Of a DNA stretch of 64,000 nucleotides, positions 13,693 through 26,341 are shown one piece after another. Made by a program: the position numbers and the translations under genes. Below the pieces are notes generated by a model, which worked only from the letters and a program-made list of their open reading frames with translations, had not been told where the DNA came from and made no database searches. Numbering within the stretch: the first letter of the stretch is position 1; each line of letters starts with the position of its first letter. Source of the DNA: Octopus sinensis (lineage: Eukaryota); contig NC_043000.1 in NCBI RefSeq assembly GCF_006345805.1, positions 48,360,001 through 48,424,000 on the forward strand, in the 5' to 3' direction.

Positions 13693-14636
13693 TATTATTA
13701 TTATTTTTCAAGTATTACCATTACAGGTATTTATACTCTGGTGAAATTAAAAAATTAGCTTGTAAATAACTGTAATCCTCAAATCTATCACTGTATATAT
13801 ATGCACACACACACACACACACAGTTGCATATCTATATATACATTTATGTATGTATGTATGTACCCACACATGGCTATGCACATAGGTACATCATGATAT
13901 ATACACACACAGATAAGGGTGAATTCATATGAAAAAGAAAGTGAACAAAATGAAATATTTATATAAAATATTGCATAGAATTTGAGAGGTGTTTCACCAT
14001 TATAGGTATTTATACTCCTGAGAATTTAAGAAATCATGAATAATGAAACCCTTCAATCCAGCACAGTACACACACACACAAACACACACAGAGTCGCATT
14101 TCTATGTGTGTGTTTATGTATGTTTGAAGATAATCAAACCAAATTTTCACCATTTTGAGCCACTCACTCAACATGTATTTCTGCCAAATTTGGTAAAGAT
14201 TTCTTCAACTGTTTTCCAATAATTTTGCAAACAGACAAACAGATGAAAATGAGTGATTACGATAGCCTGCTTTCGCTTATGTTCACAGGGTAATAATAAT
14301 TCTTTCTACAATAGGCACAAGGCCTGATTTTAGTGGGTTAGAGTGACTTTCAATCCCAATACTTGACTAGTACTTATTTCATCAACCCCCAAATAGATGA
14401 AAATCTATGCCTATCACTTTGGATTACTTTGCATTTGTCTGAGAAATTCTTCACAATTAGATTTGTGAAGGATGGAGTCAAATTTTCAAACCATTTCTCT
14501 ACTCATATATTTTTATCTTATCTGAGAATGGAAAGTGAGAATGTAAAAAGAAATGAGCGTTGTTAATTTTGTTGAAAATAGGTTAGATGACTTTTGTTTT
14601 ATTATTATTATTATCAACATCATCATCATTATTATT

Positions 14637-14679
<43 letters not shown>

Positions 14680-14690
14680 TATTATTATTA
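12690..14690. repeat. Tandem duplication, 990-bp unit x2
   Basis: 12721 matches 13711, and identical ORFs lie at 13373 and 14363 (offset 990). Junctions lie in (ATT)n. Confidence 0.97.
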
Positions 14691-16058
14691 TTATTATATT
14701 ATTATTATGATTGTTGTTGTTGTTTCTGTTATTATTATTATTATTATTATTATTTCTGCATGATTACTCAGAGTTGAATATAATGATACTAATAGGAATG
14801 TGGAATTGGATAAGAAAAATAAAAGCCTTAACTTAGTAAGAAACATAATCTCTGGAGAATGGTAGTAAGAACAGAAAAAGCTATTTTGTTAGGAAAGTTT
14901 AGCATCACAAAGATAAGGAAGTTGTTTCGGTCAAATCAGACCAAATATGATCTCAGATTCAATCATAAAAATAAATAAATAAATATATAAGATAAATAAA
15001 TAGATAAATAAATAAAAAAAAAAATTGATAAGAGTGATATGACAAGCAAACTTAAAATAGTCTGGATGTTCCAAACTATATATGTTTTCATTATCTAACT
15101 AGAGAATGAGAATATTTAGCACTCTAGCACTGGATAAATAAAAGGAAATAGAATAATCGTAGCTGAAAGGTAGTGAGATGGCTCGGAGGAAGTGTGTATG
15201 TGTGTGTGGGGGGGTTTAGGATGGCTGTTTATTTTTTATTTTTTGAGAATTATTTTTATTTACTTTATCTGAATCCACATCCACATACCAATAGTAATGC
15301 AATATTTCTAAATATACAGCAGAACAGCAATTATTTATCATTATTATCAACATCACCATCATTATTATTATTATTATTATTATTTTATTATTATTATTAT
15401 TATTATTATGATTGTTGTTGTTGTTTCTGTTATTATTATTATTATTATTATTATTTCTGCATGATTACTCAGAGTTGAATATAATGATACTAATAGGAAT
15501 GTGGAATTGGATAAGAAAAATAAAAGCCTTAACTTAGTAAGAAACATAATCTCTGGAGAATGGTAGTAAGAACAGAAAAAGCTATTTTGTTAGGAAAGTT
15601 TAGCATCACAAAGATAAGGAAGTTGTTTCGGTCAAATCAGACCAAATATGATCTCAGATTCAATCATAAAAATAAATAAATAAATATATAAGATAAATAA
15701 ATAGATAAATAAATAAAAAAAAAAATTGATAAGAGTGATATGACAAGCAACTTAAAATAGTCTGGATGTTCCAAACTATATATGTTTTCATTATCTAACT
15801 AGAGAATGAGAATATTTAGCACTCTAGCACTGGATAAATAAAAGGAAATAGAATAATCGTAGCTGAAAGGTAGTGAGATGGCTCGGAGGAAGTGTGTATG
15901 TGTGTGTGGGGGGGTTTAGGATGGCTGTTTATTTTTTATTTTTTGAGAATTATTTTTATTTACTTTATCTGAATCCACATCCACATACCAATAGTAATGC
16001 AATATTTCTAAATATACAGCAGAACAGCAATTATTTATCATTATTATCAACATCACCA

Positions 16059-16090
<32 letters not shown>
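14690..16090. repeat. Tandem duplication, ~700-bp unit x2
   Basis: 15121 matches 15821. One visible 1-nt indel (GCAAACTT vs GCAACTT). Junctions lie in (ATT)n. Confidence 0.97.
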
Positions 16091-16093
<3 letters not shown>

Positions 16094-16208
16094 ATATTTT
16101 TTTTAGGATGAATAATTGGAGAAAAAATATATAATGGTATACCATCTAAACTCTTCTTTACATTATTGAAGAATGTATATAGACTTAAATGGAATGATTG
16201 TGGTTTTG

Positions 16209-16209
<1 letters not shown>

Positions 16210-16280
<71 letters not shown>
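16210..16280. repeat. Pure (TA)n
   Basis: Seen directly. Confidence 0.98.
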
Positions 16281-16282
<2 letters not shown>

Positions 16283-16565
16283 CTTGTACAAATGCATTTT
16301 ATCAACAAGGCAGTTCATATTAAATAACGTACGAGTCCTAAAAGTAGTCGCGATTGTTAGAATACAATAAGTACAATAGAACCATTGATTTCCTATTTAT
16401 AATATTATGTTTTATGCGAGTTTTATTTTACCAACTTGCTTCCATTTTACATCTGTTAAATCAAACTTACTTAAGTCTGTGTTATACACTTAATCCAAGA
16501 GAATAATTCATCTATGATGAAGAAAGAAATATTGCTGCATATATGCACACATTGTCACATATGCA

Positions 16566-16706
16566 CTAATATATATATATATATATATGTATATAATATA
16601 TATATATGTATATATATATATGTATATATATATGTATATATATATATATATTATATATATATATATGTATATATATTATATATATGTATATATATATATG
16701 TATATA

Positions 16707-16759
<53 letters not shown>

Positions 16760-16975
16760 GTGTATATATATATATACGTATATATATATGTGTATATATA
16801 TATATATGTATATGTATATATATATATGTATATGTATATATATGTATATATATATGTATATATATGTATATATATATGTGTGTGTATATATATATGTATA
16901 TATATATATGTATATATATATATATGTATGTATATATATATATATAAAGATAGATAGATAGGTAGACAGGTAGAT
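16566..16975. repeat. Long interrupted (TA)n/(TATG)n array
   Basis: Seen directly; source of six overlapping YI-rich ORFs. Confidence 0.98.
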
Positions 16976-17659
16976 AAAAGTACTCTGTGCACAATGATCA
17001 AATATTTTAGAAATATAAACATACTTTGGAATATATTGGAACAAATAAATTCTTCTTCATTCATAAACTACTTCAACTTCTCTTTTTAGTAGAGTAAATA
17101 AATATATGTATTTGTGTGTGTGTGTTTCTGCATATCTTGGGAAAACTGAAAAAAATTTCCTTTTCAAACTAGTCTTTCTTTAGAAGAATCTATTTATGCA
17201 TATTTATTCCATTATGCATATTTATGCCCAAAATGCAAATTCAATAACAAATATTCCATGCATCCATCTTTTGATCTTTATGGTGGTGATAAGTTCAAAT
17301 CGCATATGAGGATTGGGGATATATGTAAGGACCATGTAAATTTTGCATAAATAGCTAGAATTACTGAAACTGATCTAAAAATTAATGGGAATAGAAAATA
17401 TCTATGGTTTCCAAAAGATTTCAGTATCCAATCAGCTGTTACAGTAGCAAAAATATGTACCATTTATTCTTCTATTATCTTCCTTCTGTTTCTTTTGAAC
17501 AGTTTTCGATTTATTGTTTACCTCCATTCATCCTTTTTTTTAAGTGTCATTATGCAGTTTTAACAAAAAACCTATTCTCAGTTACTATCTAACCATCTTC
17601 TGTCTAAAACTGTTTAGATATAAACATAATTAATTATCAAGCACTATGCATTGAGGAGG

Positions 17660-17820
17660 GAGCTATGGAGAAACAGCCTTATTTCCTCATGTTCCTGTTC
17701 CTTTCTGTTAAAGATCATAGGCTCAAAACATAAAAGACTTTCTGAGCATTAAACTAATACACCTGTTTGTTGTTCGTACACTTGTCTTTGTCTTTTGTTT
17801 TTCTGTAACTTTCAACTATA
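17660..17820 (+). mobile_element. Penelope-like pLTR remnant with decayed hammerhead motif (17701-17736)
   Basis: CTTT-CTGTTAA-A-GATC-ATAG-GCTC-AAAA-CAT-A-AAAG parallels the layout at 24736; followed by (TA)n. Confidence 0.5.
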
Positions 17821-17836
17821 TATATGTATGTATGTG

Positions 17837-17867
<31 letters not shown>

Positions 17868-18129
17868 TTATAAAGTGAAATTGCATAGTACCTCAATACA
17901 TCTGACTAATATAGGCACAATGAGATACCTTTTATCTACGGGCTGAAACAGCTGTAAGATCCATTTTATGTGTATTATTTTTATGGTATTATCTTACTTA
18001 TTGATGTATATTGTTTTATTCTGTTGGATTTGGATGTCCCTATTTAAGTAGTTAATAAATAATATGAATTGGTAATATCTGTAAGTCGATGATTGAAAGG
18101 AATCTGTTCCTCCATTTTCTTTATTGTAT

Positions 18130-18165
<36 letters not shown>

Positions 18166-18174
18166 ATTCATCAT

Positions 18175-18470
18175 TATCATCATCCTTTTAATGTCCACTT
18201 TCAAATGCTTGCATAGGTCGGACAGAGTATTTGAGGCAGGTTTTCTATGGCTTGATGCCCTTCCTGTAACCAACCTTCTCCAAGTAATATTTCACCATGG
18301 CCAGACATTTTTTCACAGAATACTGGAAATGAATGGCACTTCTTTTATGAGAGTGATATCTATTTACAACCATATTTGAGAACACTTACCCAAGGTGCAA
18401 TGCAGTGGGACTGAACGCAGGACCATGTGATTGGGAAACAAAAATCTTACTACACAGCCAGACCTGCACC
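18175..18470 (-). mobile_element. RTE-tailed SINE (family C) 3' part plus family A head
   Basis: (CAT)n-TTTAATGTCCACTTTC tail and GATGCCCTTCCT motif, then GGGACTGAACGCAGGACCATGTG. Confidence 0.7.
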
Positions 18471-18479
18471 TACATCTAT

Positions 18480-18940
18480 CAATACCTGTAATGTTGTAGA
18501 CTGTATTTTCGACCTTTGAAGTGCAAATTCTCCCAATGTGAGTTGTCTCAGCACCAGAATTAATATTATCATCAACTCCTATGGACTAGGTCCATGTATT
18601 AGAAATAGTCATAAACCCGACATACTTTTCCCTAAATATGCAAAACCCTCCTTAATAATAGTAGCCCTAACACCTCTGCTTCTACCTATATAATGAATGA
18701 TGGTACAGACTATGATAGGATATTTTGAGCCTTGATCGCTTGGTGTTGGGAAAACCTGTAATTATCAAGTTTCACAAATTGTCCCCTCGACATCAATTAC
18801 TTGCATTATAACATTGTGCTAAATGTACAGTCACAACCCTACATTCTTATCAGGCTGGAGTCAACATTGTGGAATGATCTACCTGAAGCAATGCTACCTT
18901 GAACACATGAGCTTCTAACATATATGGCTTCTAAACAATC
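18480..18940 (+). mobile_element. Highly degenerate CR1/L2-type LINE 3' end
   Basis: ACATTGTGGAATGATCTACCTGAAGCAATG encodes the WNDLPEA motif typical of CR1-group C-termini. Confidence 0.45.
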
Positions 18941-19939
18941 TACCTCCTTTGTCACCTAAGATCACTGTGACAAGGACCAGAACACACCTTCCACCTTCTC
19001 CTGGTCTATAATTTGTGGTGGAACCCCACATAATACAAATCATTGCATTTGTAAATTATGTTTCTAGAAGCCATTCACTGTGCAACAACAAAGTGAGACC
19101 TTTATTTAACCAATTCTCTGATGTAATCTCTGCTTGTAGACATAAATTCTACAGGACCTTTGCTCACTATGTAAAATCATTATAATTTTACATTGTCTTA
19201 GCAAAAATTTTCTTTCACTAACCATATCTTCTTTTACTAACCCTCCACTCCCTTACTACAACACCTATCCATGCTACTCTGTTCCTTGCCTCTGTTGTAC
19301 TTAACTGATTTATCTTTGGTGTCCCACTATTTTGAACCGACAACATTTCTTTCACCTGTTTCTAGCTTTATCTTCTTTATGCCTAGTCTTTTCAAGTAAT
19401 ATCTACATTTTGTTTCTGCCTTCCTCCCCGCTTCTATTTGATTGTTCCCTCCACTTTCTCCCATCTCTCCCTCACTACTTGACTTGGCTCTCTTCAAACC
19501 TTCATGTTTATAAACATTGCTAGAAAATATACATTTGCCACTTTGCTCTTGAGAAGGGACAATTTCATAGGGACATGTCTCATTATACATACCTATGACA
19601 TCATGCACATACTTATAGCATGTGAATATTTTTTATTATGTAATTTATAGCCATCTTGGAACAGAAATTGAGATAAGATTTAACATAATTCTTCTGTTCT
19701 TTTATCTTTTTCTTATTCTGAAATCTGTATTTTTTATGTTACATGTAATTATACACCTCAAGTCTACCTGTGCATATCTTCCTTATTACCTTCATAGAAG
19801 CACAGAAAAGATTGTTCTTATAGTCAGCTTTCAATACAGCAGCATTGACCCTGGCTAAGGAAGCTGGAGTTTAAGTTCCCATCGATTTGAGTACTACTCT
19901 ATTACCTATGAACTTGCTTTCACCTACTCACTATCTATC

Positions 19940-19950
19940 TACCTATCTAT

Positions 19951-20027
<77 letters not shown>

Positions 20028-20077
20028 CATCCATCCATCCATCCATCCATCCATCCATCATCCATCCATCCATCCAT

Positions 20078-20125
<48 letters not shown>

Positions 20126-20190
20126 GTATAAGTATATATATACATATGTATATATATATACACACATCATCATCATCATCATCATCATCA
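19940..20190. repeat. (TCTA)n-(TCCA)n-(TA)n-(CAT)n compound array
   Basis: Seen directly. Confidence 0.95.
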
Positions 20191-21184
20191 TCGTTTAACG
20201 TCCGTTTTCCATGCTAGCATGGGTTGGACATACATATATATATATATATATACACACACATGCACGTACACACACACACACACACATTTATGTATATAAT
20301 TTAACAAAAATATAGACACTTATTTGCTTCTCTTTCAAAATGACAAAAAATAAAACAAGTTCATGTGCCTTGTAGTAATTTGATTTCATCAAGTTTTGGG
20401 CAGTTTTGAAGAAATTAGAATTGAGTTCAAAACGATCTTGAAAGATGCAAAAAAAGAAAAAAATGTATTAAAGAAAAGGTGTAAAAAAGTAAAAAAAAAG
20501 TGAATATATTAGATAGGAAGAAAATTGCAGGCCAATGGCTTAAGTGCCTTTTAGCCAACATGATATTTCTTTAGAATACAATTCTGTTGGAAATCTCTAA
20601 ATTTCCTCTTTTCACAATGTACCAATCTATTTTATATTACAAATTTTATTAACTGTATTTTGCTGCCAGAAATCATCACTAGTTTCTTCAGATTCTATAC
20701 TTTCACTTTCTTTTCTATTCAGTAATGAATCCCTCACAATAGATGTACGCCATGGCTAAAATTTGCTGCAAGGAGTGATTATCAAGAAGTAAGCAACTTA
20801 TCAGTCAGAATAGTTGTGTTGTTCTGATTTCTGATGGGAACTGTTTCTAATCAGTCATTCTGCAGCTTGGAAAAGCCGTGAATATCGTAATCATTATACT
20901 TATATTTTAAATAATAAATATCTGGTACTTTGGGGTTCTTGTTCTCAGTAAAATAAACAAAAGAGTACAAGATGAGGAAGATAGAATAAGAACCAAAAAG
21001 TGATTTCAGTTTCTGTTAAAAGCACTTCACTTCTATAGCATAAAAGTAATTTCATTTTTCCTAAACCCTAAAAGAGATGGACATTCATATCTAGTCCAAA
21101 AATATCTGTATTACGTAAGAAATGATAGTTTTTTTATTTTGTTAAGTACATCAACATCAAAATAAAAATCAAATGGAAATTGTA

Positions 21185-21515
21185 GTGGTGATACCTGTGC
21201 CAGTGGCACGTAAAAAGCACCATCTGAACTGGCCAATGCCAGCACCGCCTTGACTGGCTTCTGTGCCGGTGGCACATAAAAAGCACCAGCTGATCGTGGT
21301 CATTGCCAGCCTCCTTTGGCACCTGTGCCGGTGGCATGTAAAAAGCACCCACTACCCTTACGGAGTGGTTGGCATTAGGAAGGGCATCAAGCTGTAGAAC
21401 CACTGCCAGATCAGACTGAAGCCTGCTGCAGCCTCATGGCTTCCCAGACCCCAGTCGAACCGTCCAACCCATGCTAGCATGGAAAATGGATGTTAAATGA
21501 TGATGATAATGATAA
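21185..21515 (+). mobile_element. RTE-tailed SINE family C (possibly a Ceph-SINE relative) with three internal repeat modules
   Basis: CCTGTGCCGGTGGCACGTAAAAAGCACC-like x3, GGAGTGGTTGGCATTAGGAAGGGCATC, CCAACCCATGCTAGCATGGAAA and a (GAT)n tail. Confidence 0.85.
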
Positions 21516-22244
21516 GCTGATAGATTAAAATGCCTTGTAATGTTTAGTTACATCACTTTATTTTATGAGTTCATATCTCATCACCTTGGCATTTCATCGT
21601 TTATCATGGGAGGAGGAAACCATTAAAGCAAGTTCTCATTAAGGACTTGGGTCAATTTGATCGCCTGTACTTCTTTACCATATTTGTAGCCTTGTGCCAA
21701 TGTTACAAACCTGTGCTACACCAAAGTAAGTTTACATTAGCAATTTCTTTCTAACTTTCTTTCTCTTTCTTTCTCTCTCTCTTCTTCAGTATTTCACTGC
21801 TTTTGTCTATCTTTCACACTATCACTCTTTATCTCTACCCCCCACTCACTCACTCTCTCTTGTTTTCCATCTACCACACATATACATACACACAGACGAT
21901 CATATAAACTGTATTAATGAATTACTATGATCATATACAATGCTAGACATGTCTATGCATAATTCTATCAGCTACATTGCAACTAATAAAGCTAGAATTC
22001 ATTATTAAGTCAACTGAAAATAGAGAAGTATTATTTATGAGGGAAATCAAGCATAAATTAGCTAATTAAACTTTACAATATACATTACAGTATTCTTGAT
22101 GAAACTAATTGTCTTGGCTAATAGTGAAGTTATTTGATATGTGAATCAACTGCTTCCAGTGTGTCGCTGAGAAAAATTCTTTCTAAGAGGAGATGGCCAA
22201 GTTATAAGTGTTTTTGACTAAAATACAAAAATATTCTTATTTTG

Positions 22245-22435
22245 GCATGTGGCCAGCGATTTTGTGGGGTTGGGAAATCAATTGCATTGACCCCAGTGCT
22301 CAACTCTTACATGTATTATCAGACCCAGAATGAAGAAAGACAGTGTTGACCTTGGTGGAATTTGAACTCAGAATGTAAAGATGAAAGAAATACCCCAGAG
22401 CATTTTACCCAGCATGCTAACAATTCTGCTACCTT
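22245..22435 (-). mobile_element. SINE family B, diverged
   Basis: TTGACCCCAGTGCTCAACT...GTTGACCTTGGTGGAATTTGAACTCAGAATGT. Confidence 0.75.
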
Positions 22436-22679
22436 CACACCTAAAATTACCAACATCTATCATATTACAGAATCACCATCATTAAACTTTTCTCTTCATC
22501 ACTAAATGCCCTTACACTATCTCTGTTCAATAGGGACAGGTTCTTATTTGATTTCCCATTTAGTTCTCCCACAAGGGGCTACTTCATGCTAACAGGATTT
22601 GGTGCTTCAAATGCTTTGATTGAGAATAGATTCACCAATACTATTCTTGTTAAAGAATAATATACATGTATGTATGTAG

Positions 22680-22935
22680 GTGTGGAAGCACATGGCTTAG
22701 TGGTTAGGGTGTCAGCATCATGATCATAAGATTGAGGTTTCAATTCCTGGACTGGGTGATGTGTTGTGTTCTTGACCAAAACACTTCATTTCACGTTGCT
22801 CCTGTCCACTCAGCTGGCAAAAATGAGTAATGCTGCGATGGACTGGTGTCCCGTCCAGCTGGGGAACACATACACCATAGAAACCTAGAAACCGGGCCCA
22901 TGAGCCTGGCTAGGCTTTAAAAAGGGCGCATTTAG
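22680..22935 (+). mobile_element. tRNA-headed SINE with V-SINE-like motif, near full length
   Basis: A box TGGCTTAGTGG, B-box-like GGTTTCAATTCC, CTGCGATGGACTGGTGTCCCGTCCAG. Confidence 0.8.
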
Positions 22936-23122
22936 TTTTTTTTTATGTATGTAGGTAAATATGTACGTATGTATGTACATGTGTATGTATGCATGTATGT
23001 TTGTAAGTATGTATGTATCAATCTACCTATATATGTCTCTTCTGTATTTAATCATTTAAATTTTTCCTCTGAAGAAGGAGCTGGTTTTTAACAAAGATAC
23101 AAAGCTCCATTTTTGGAATATA

Positions 23123-23622
23123 CGAGAGTGAGTCAAAAATTAATGCCATTTTGTTTAGGACAGGTATAATTACCAACACAGGAACATGTATCATACATCA
23201 AAATGAAGCTGGTCCTCTGTGAATCACATCCCTACTTCTCAACATAGTCACAGTTTCTCTCAATAGCAATGTTTCACCTTTGAATGCGAGCATGTTTTCA
23301 CTTTCTTGTCACTGGAATAATGTTTGCCTCTTTAACCCTCTTTCATGGGGCCAAAGAGATGATAGTCCAGTGATGATGATAGTCCAGTGACGATGATAGT
23401 CCAGTGACGATGAAGTGAAAACTGTAGTGAAGAATTGGCTCAAAGACTAGTCAACAGAATTTTACAGGGCAGCGATACATGCTCTTATTCGAAGGTAACT
23501 ATGTCGAGAAGTAGAGATGTGATCTACTGAGGACCAGCTTCATATAGATGTATGATACATGTTCCTGTATTAATAATTATACTGTCCTAAACAAAATGGC
23601 ATTACTTTTTGACTCACCCTTG
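23123..23622 (-). mobile_element. Internally deleted mariner (Tc1/mariner) element, ~130-bp TIRs, TA target duplication
   Basis: TA-CGAGAGTGAGTCAAAAATTAATGCCATTTTG ... CAAAATGGCATTACTTTTTGACTCACCCTTG-TA. A minus-strand remnant GLRGKHYSSDKKVK...DYVEK matches mariner transposase C-termini. Confidence 0.9.
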
Positions 23623-24658
23623 TAGATAACAAAAACAATATCACATTTTAAATATGAGAAAAGTTGTGCCTGTGCATCTCTGTGTTTGTGACACATGCTC
23701 ATAACTTAACAGTTTGGTAAAAGAGACCAATAGAATATACCAGGTTCTAAAATGCTTAGTGCTGGGGTCAATTTATTCAACTAAATCTTTTGTAGTGGTA
23801 TCCCAGCATGGCCACAGACTGAAACAAATAAAAGGTAAAAGATATGTAACTTTGGAGTATTGTAACCCACATCACTTAAATCTCTCTAACTGCCAGGCTT
23901 GATGTAAATGGGTCACATGTAGCAGGAATATCTCTTTACTCTCTGAGCTAAGCGACAAGAGCAATGTAGCAATTCTCAATGCCACCTTTTGAATTTCCTT
24001 TGACTCTAAAGTCATTTGTAGTGACCCAATTATCATTATTCTTCCTTGAGAATTCTATGGAAGCTCCTTTCATTTGGTCAGCAAATGTCATTTGCAACTC
24101 TGTTGCTCAATAGGATGATGACTGATGGGAGTCGATGATGAACAAGAGAGAAGTTTCAATGCATCATATGCTATTAGAGATGGAATCAAACATAACAGTC
24201 TGATAGGGAACTACAGGGAAAGCATAGGAGAAGTCCATTTCATTCAGTGATGTAGTTGTGCACGAATTCTGTAGTTATGTGTGTTATGAACGAATGATCA
24301 AGAGACAGAGATGATAGAGAGAGAGTAAGTGAAATATGAATACCGTCTTCCATAGTGTTAGTAGCCATTCAAATCATTTGTGTTGTAGATTTTTATTTTG
24401 ACAAGTCTAGCTGTCAATGTAAACAGCTGGCATTGAATGGCAACTGTCATGAATGCTTGTCTGCATTCTAGTTTCCCCTTTCTTTCTATTCTCTGCCCTC
24501 TGCCTTCTTGAATGACTTTACATTAGGGTTGACTGATTGACATCAATTCCTGCTGACATCATCAAGTGCCTTAGTGAAATTTAAATAGCTAATTTTTTAT
24601 TCATTTATTTTTTTATTCATATATTTGTGTGTGTGTATATGTATTTATATATATATAT

Positions 24659-24866
24659 CAAAATGTGACCTCGTGTGTACCGTTGGCGATTTTTTTCCCT
24701 CTGTCTTCCCTTCTCTGGCTCTTTCCTTCTCCTATGTTTCCGATGAAGAGCTCTGCTCGAAACGTTAAACCCTCCTTCTTTCCTTCTTTCCTGAGCATCC
24801 AATAATACTATATTTGTTCCACGTCCTCGCGTTGTTGTGTTTTTTTGTGTTTTGTTGTTTGGATTA

Positions 24867-24870
<4 letters not shown>
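24659..24870 (+). mobile_element. Penelope-like element pLTR remnant in (TA)n
   Basis: Carries the CCGATGAAGAGC...GCTCGAAACGTT signature; both ends abut (TA)n. Confidence 0.65.
24736..24770 (+). ncRNA. Minimal type I hammerhead-like ribozyme motif (U4C variant)
   Basis: Stem I GTTT/AAAC, core CCGATGA, stem II GAGC-TCT-GCTC, GAAA, palindromic stem III ACGT, GUU site. Confidence 0.55.
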
Positions 24871-24931
<61 letters not shown>

Positions 24932-25353
24932 CGAATTAATTGTAGCCATGAAACGCACATAGTTTGTTTTTACTTATTAAGTATTGATCATTCATTTTTA
25001 TACTTTTTGAGATCTAGTTATATGTTGTATAAAAATATATTTTATTTGTTATTTATGTTTTGATTTATGTCTATCACTGTTTGAGTTGCATAATAGTGGT
25101 TTTATCTCTAATTGATATTATATATATATATATATATATATATTTATTTATTTATATGTGTATGTATATATTTAATGACATCAGTCATCAACTTGATAAT
25201 TATTCAAAGAAAATTAACCATCAGTTTCTTAACCAAAATTTTTCCGAATTGAACATAATGGATCCCACTTTCATATTTTAGGCCAAAGCCTGCTACAGAC
25301 ACTGACCCAATTCTTCTTTTTTTCTTTTCAGAGAATTCTCCATAGATATTTTC

Positions 25354-25557
25354 TTAACCATTTAGCATTCAGATAGCTGACAAATGTATTGCTTATTTAT
25401 TCACATTGTTTTGAATTAATCATGTATTATCTCATAGCTTCAAAATGCTAATGATATGTTTGTTTATTTTCTTTTCAGGTAAGTGTGAGAGGTCAGATCT
25501 GGCTGGTTTGTAGAATATTTGGGCTGGAGATGACTGGTTTAAATGCCAAAGGTTTAA
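25354..25557. mobile_element. piggyBac-like MITE family 1 (TTAA-CC(C/A)TTTAGCATT termini), diverged
   Basis: TTAACCATTTAGCATT ... AATGCCAAAGGTTTAA; homologous to 26342-26665. Confidence 0.75.
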
Positions 25558-25850
25558 CTGGGTCTACAAATGTCATGTGTAAGTCAAAGCTGATTAATTT
25601 TCTCTTATCTATTAAAACAATGGTTTTTAATTTGCACAGTTTCACACCATTGATTTCTTCAATACATTTCCTTAATTACCTTCTTAATCTAAGATATTTC
25701 TATAATACTGTAGTCATCACTTTTGGCAGGAATCAGGCTTACTTTTAGCTTCACTTAAGAAGATTGAATAGTTAATAAAAATTATGTTACCTAATATAAT
25801 ATTTATAAACTGCATTAATATCTATCTTACTTTACTGCAGAATGCTGTAT

Positions 25851-25900
<50 letters not shown>

Positions 25901-26341
25901 TTAATGCCCACATAATCCATACTTGTATACCAGGTGGAATTTGTTGAGGCACGGATTTTTCTGTGGTTGGATACCCTTCCTGCTATATATATATACCCCA
26001 TTGTGAATAAGATGAACCAGGAGAGTTAAGCACACGAATCCCCAGAATATCTCATAACCAATGACATCACATGAACAATTGGCTCTTTAGCTGACAGTCT
26101 GAGAATACTAGTTTCAACAATCATGTACAATACATTTCAGTCATGTTCAATACATTCAACAACCATGTATAATACACTTCATTCTGTTTATTCTTCTCTT
26201 TATATATAATTTGTTTATAATTTTAATACTTTTAATGATTGCTCTATATGGTGCATTTGTATTTGTCACAAGTTATCATCAATATGTAAGCATTAGTAAG
26301 CAATGAATTTGTTAGGTACTCTTTTAGCTGCTTGTGGTTTA

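Noticed and set aside
16514-17064. Overlapping 113-147 aa YI-rich ORFs
   Set aside because: They are translations of the (TA)n/(TATG)n array, which lacks stop codons in several frames.
21185-21350. CRISPR-like repeat-spacer pattern
   Set aside because: The repeats are internal SINE modules in a eukaryotic context, with no cas genes.
23355-23412. GATGATAGTCCAGTGA x3 as a regulatory array
   Set aside because: It lies inside the deleted mariner and is probably a repair-slippage product.
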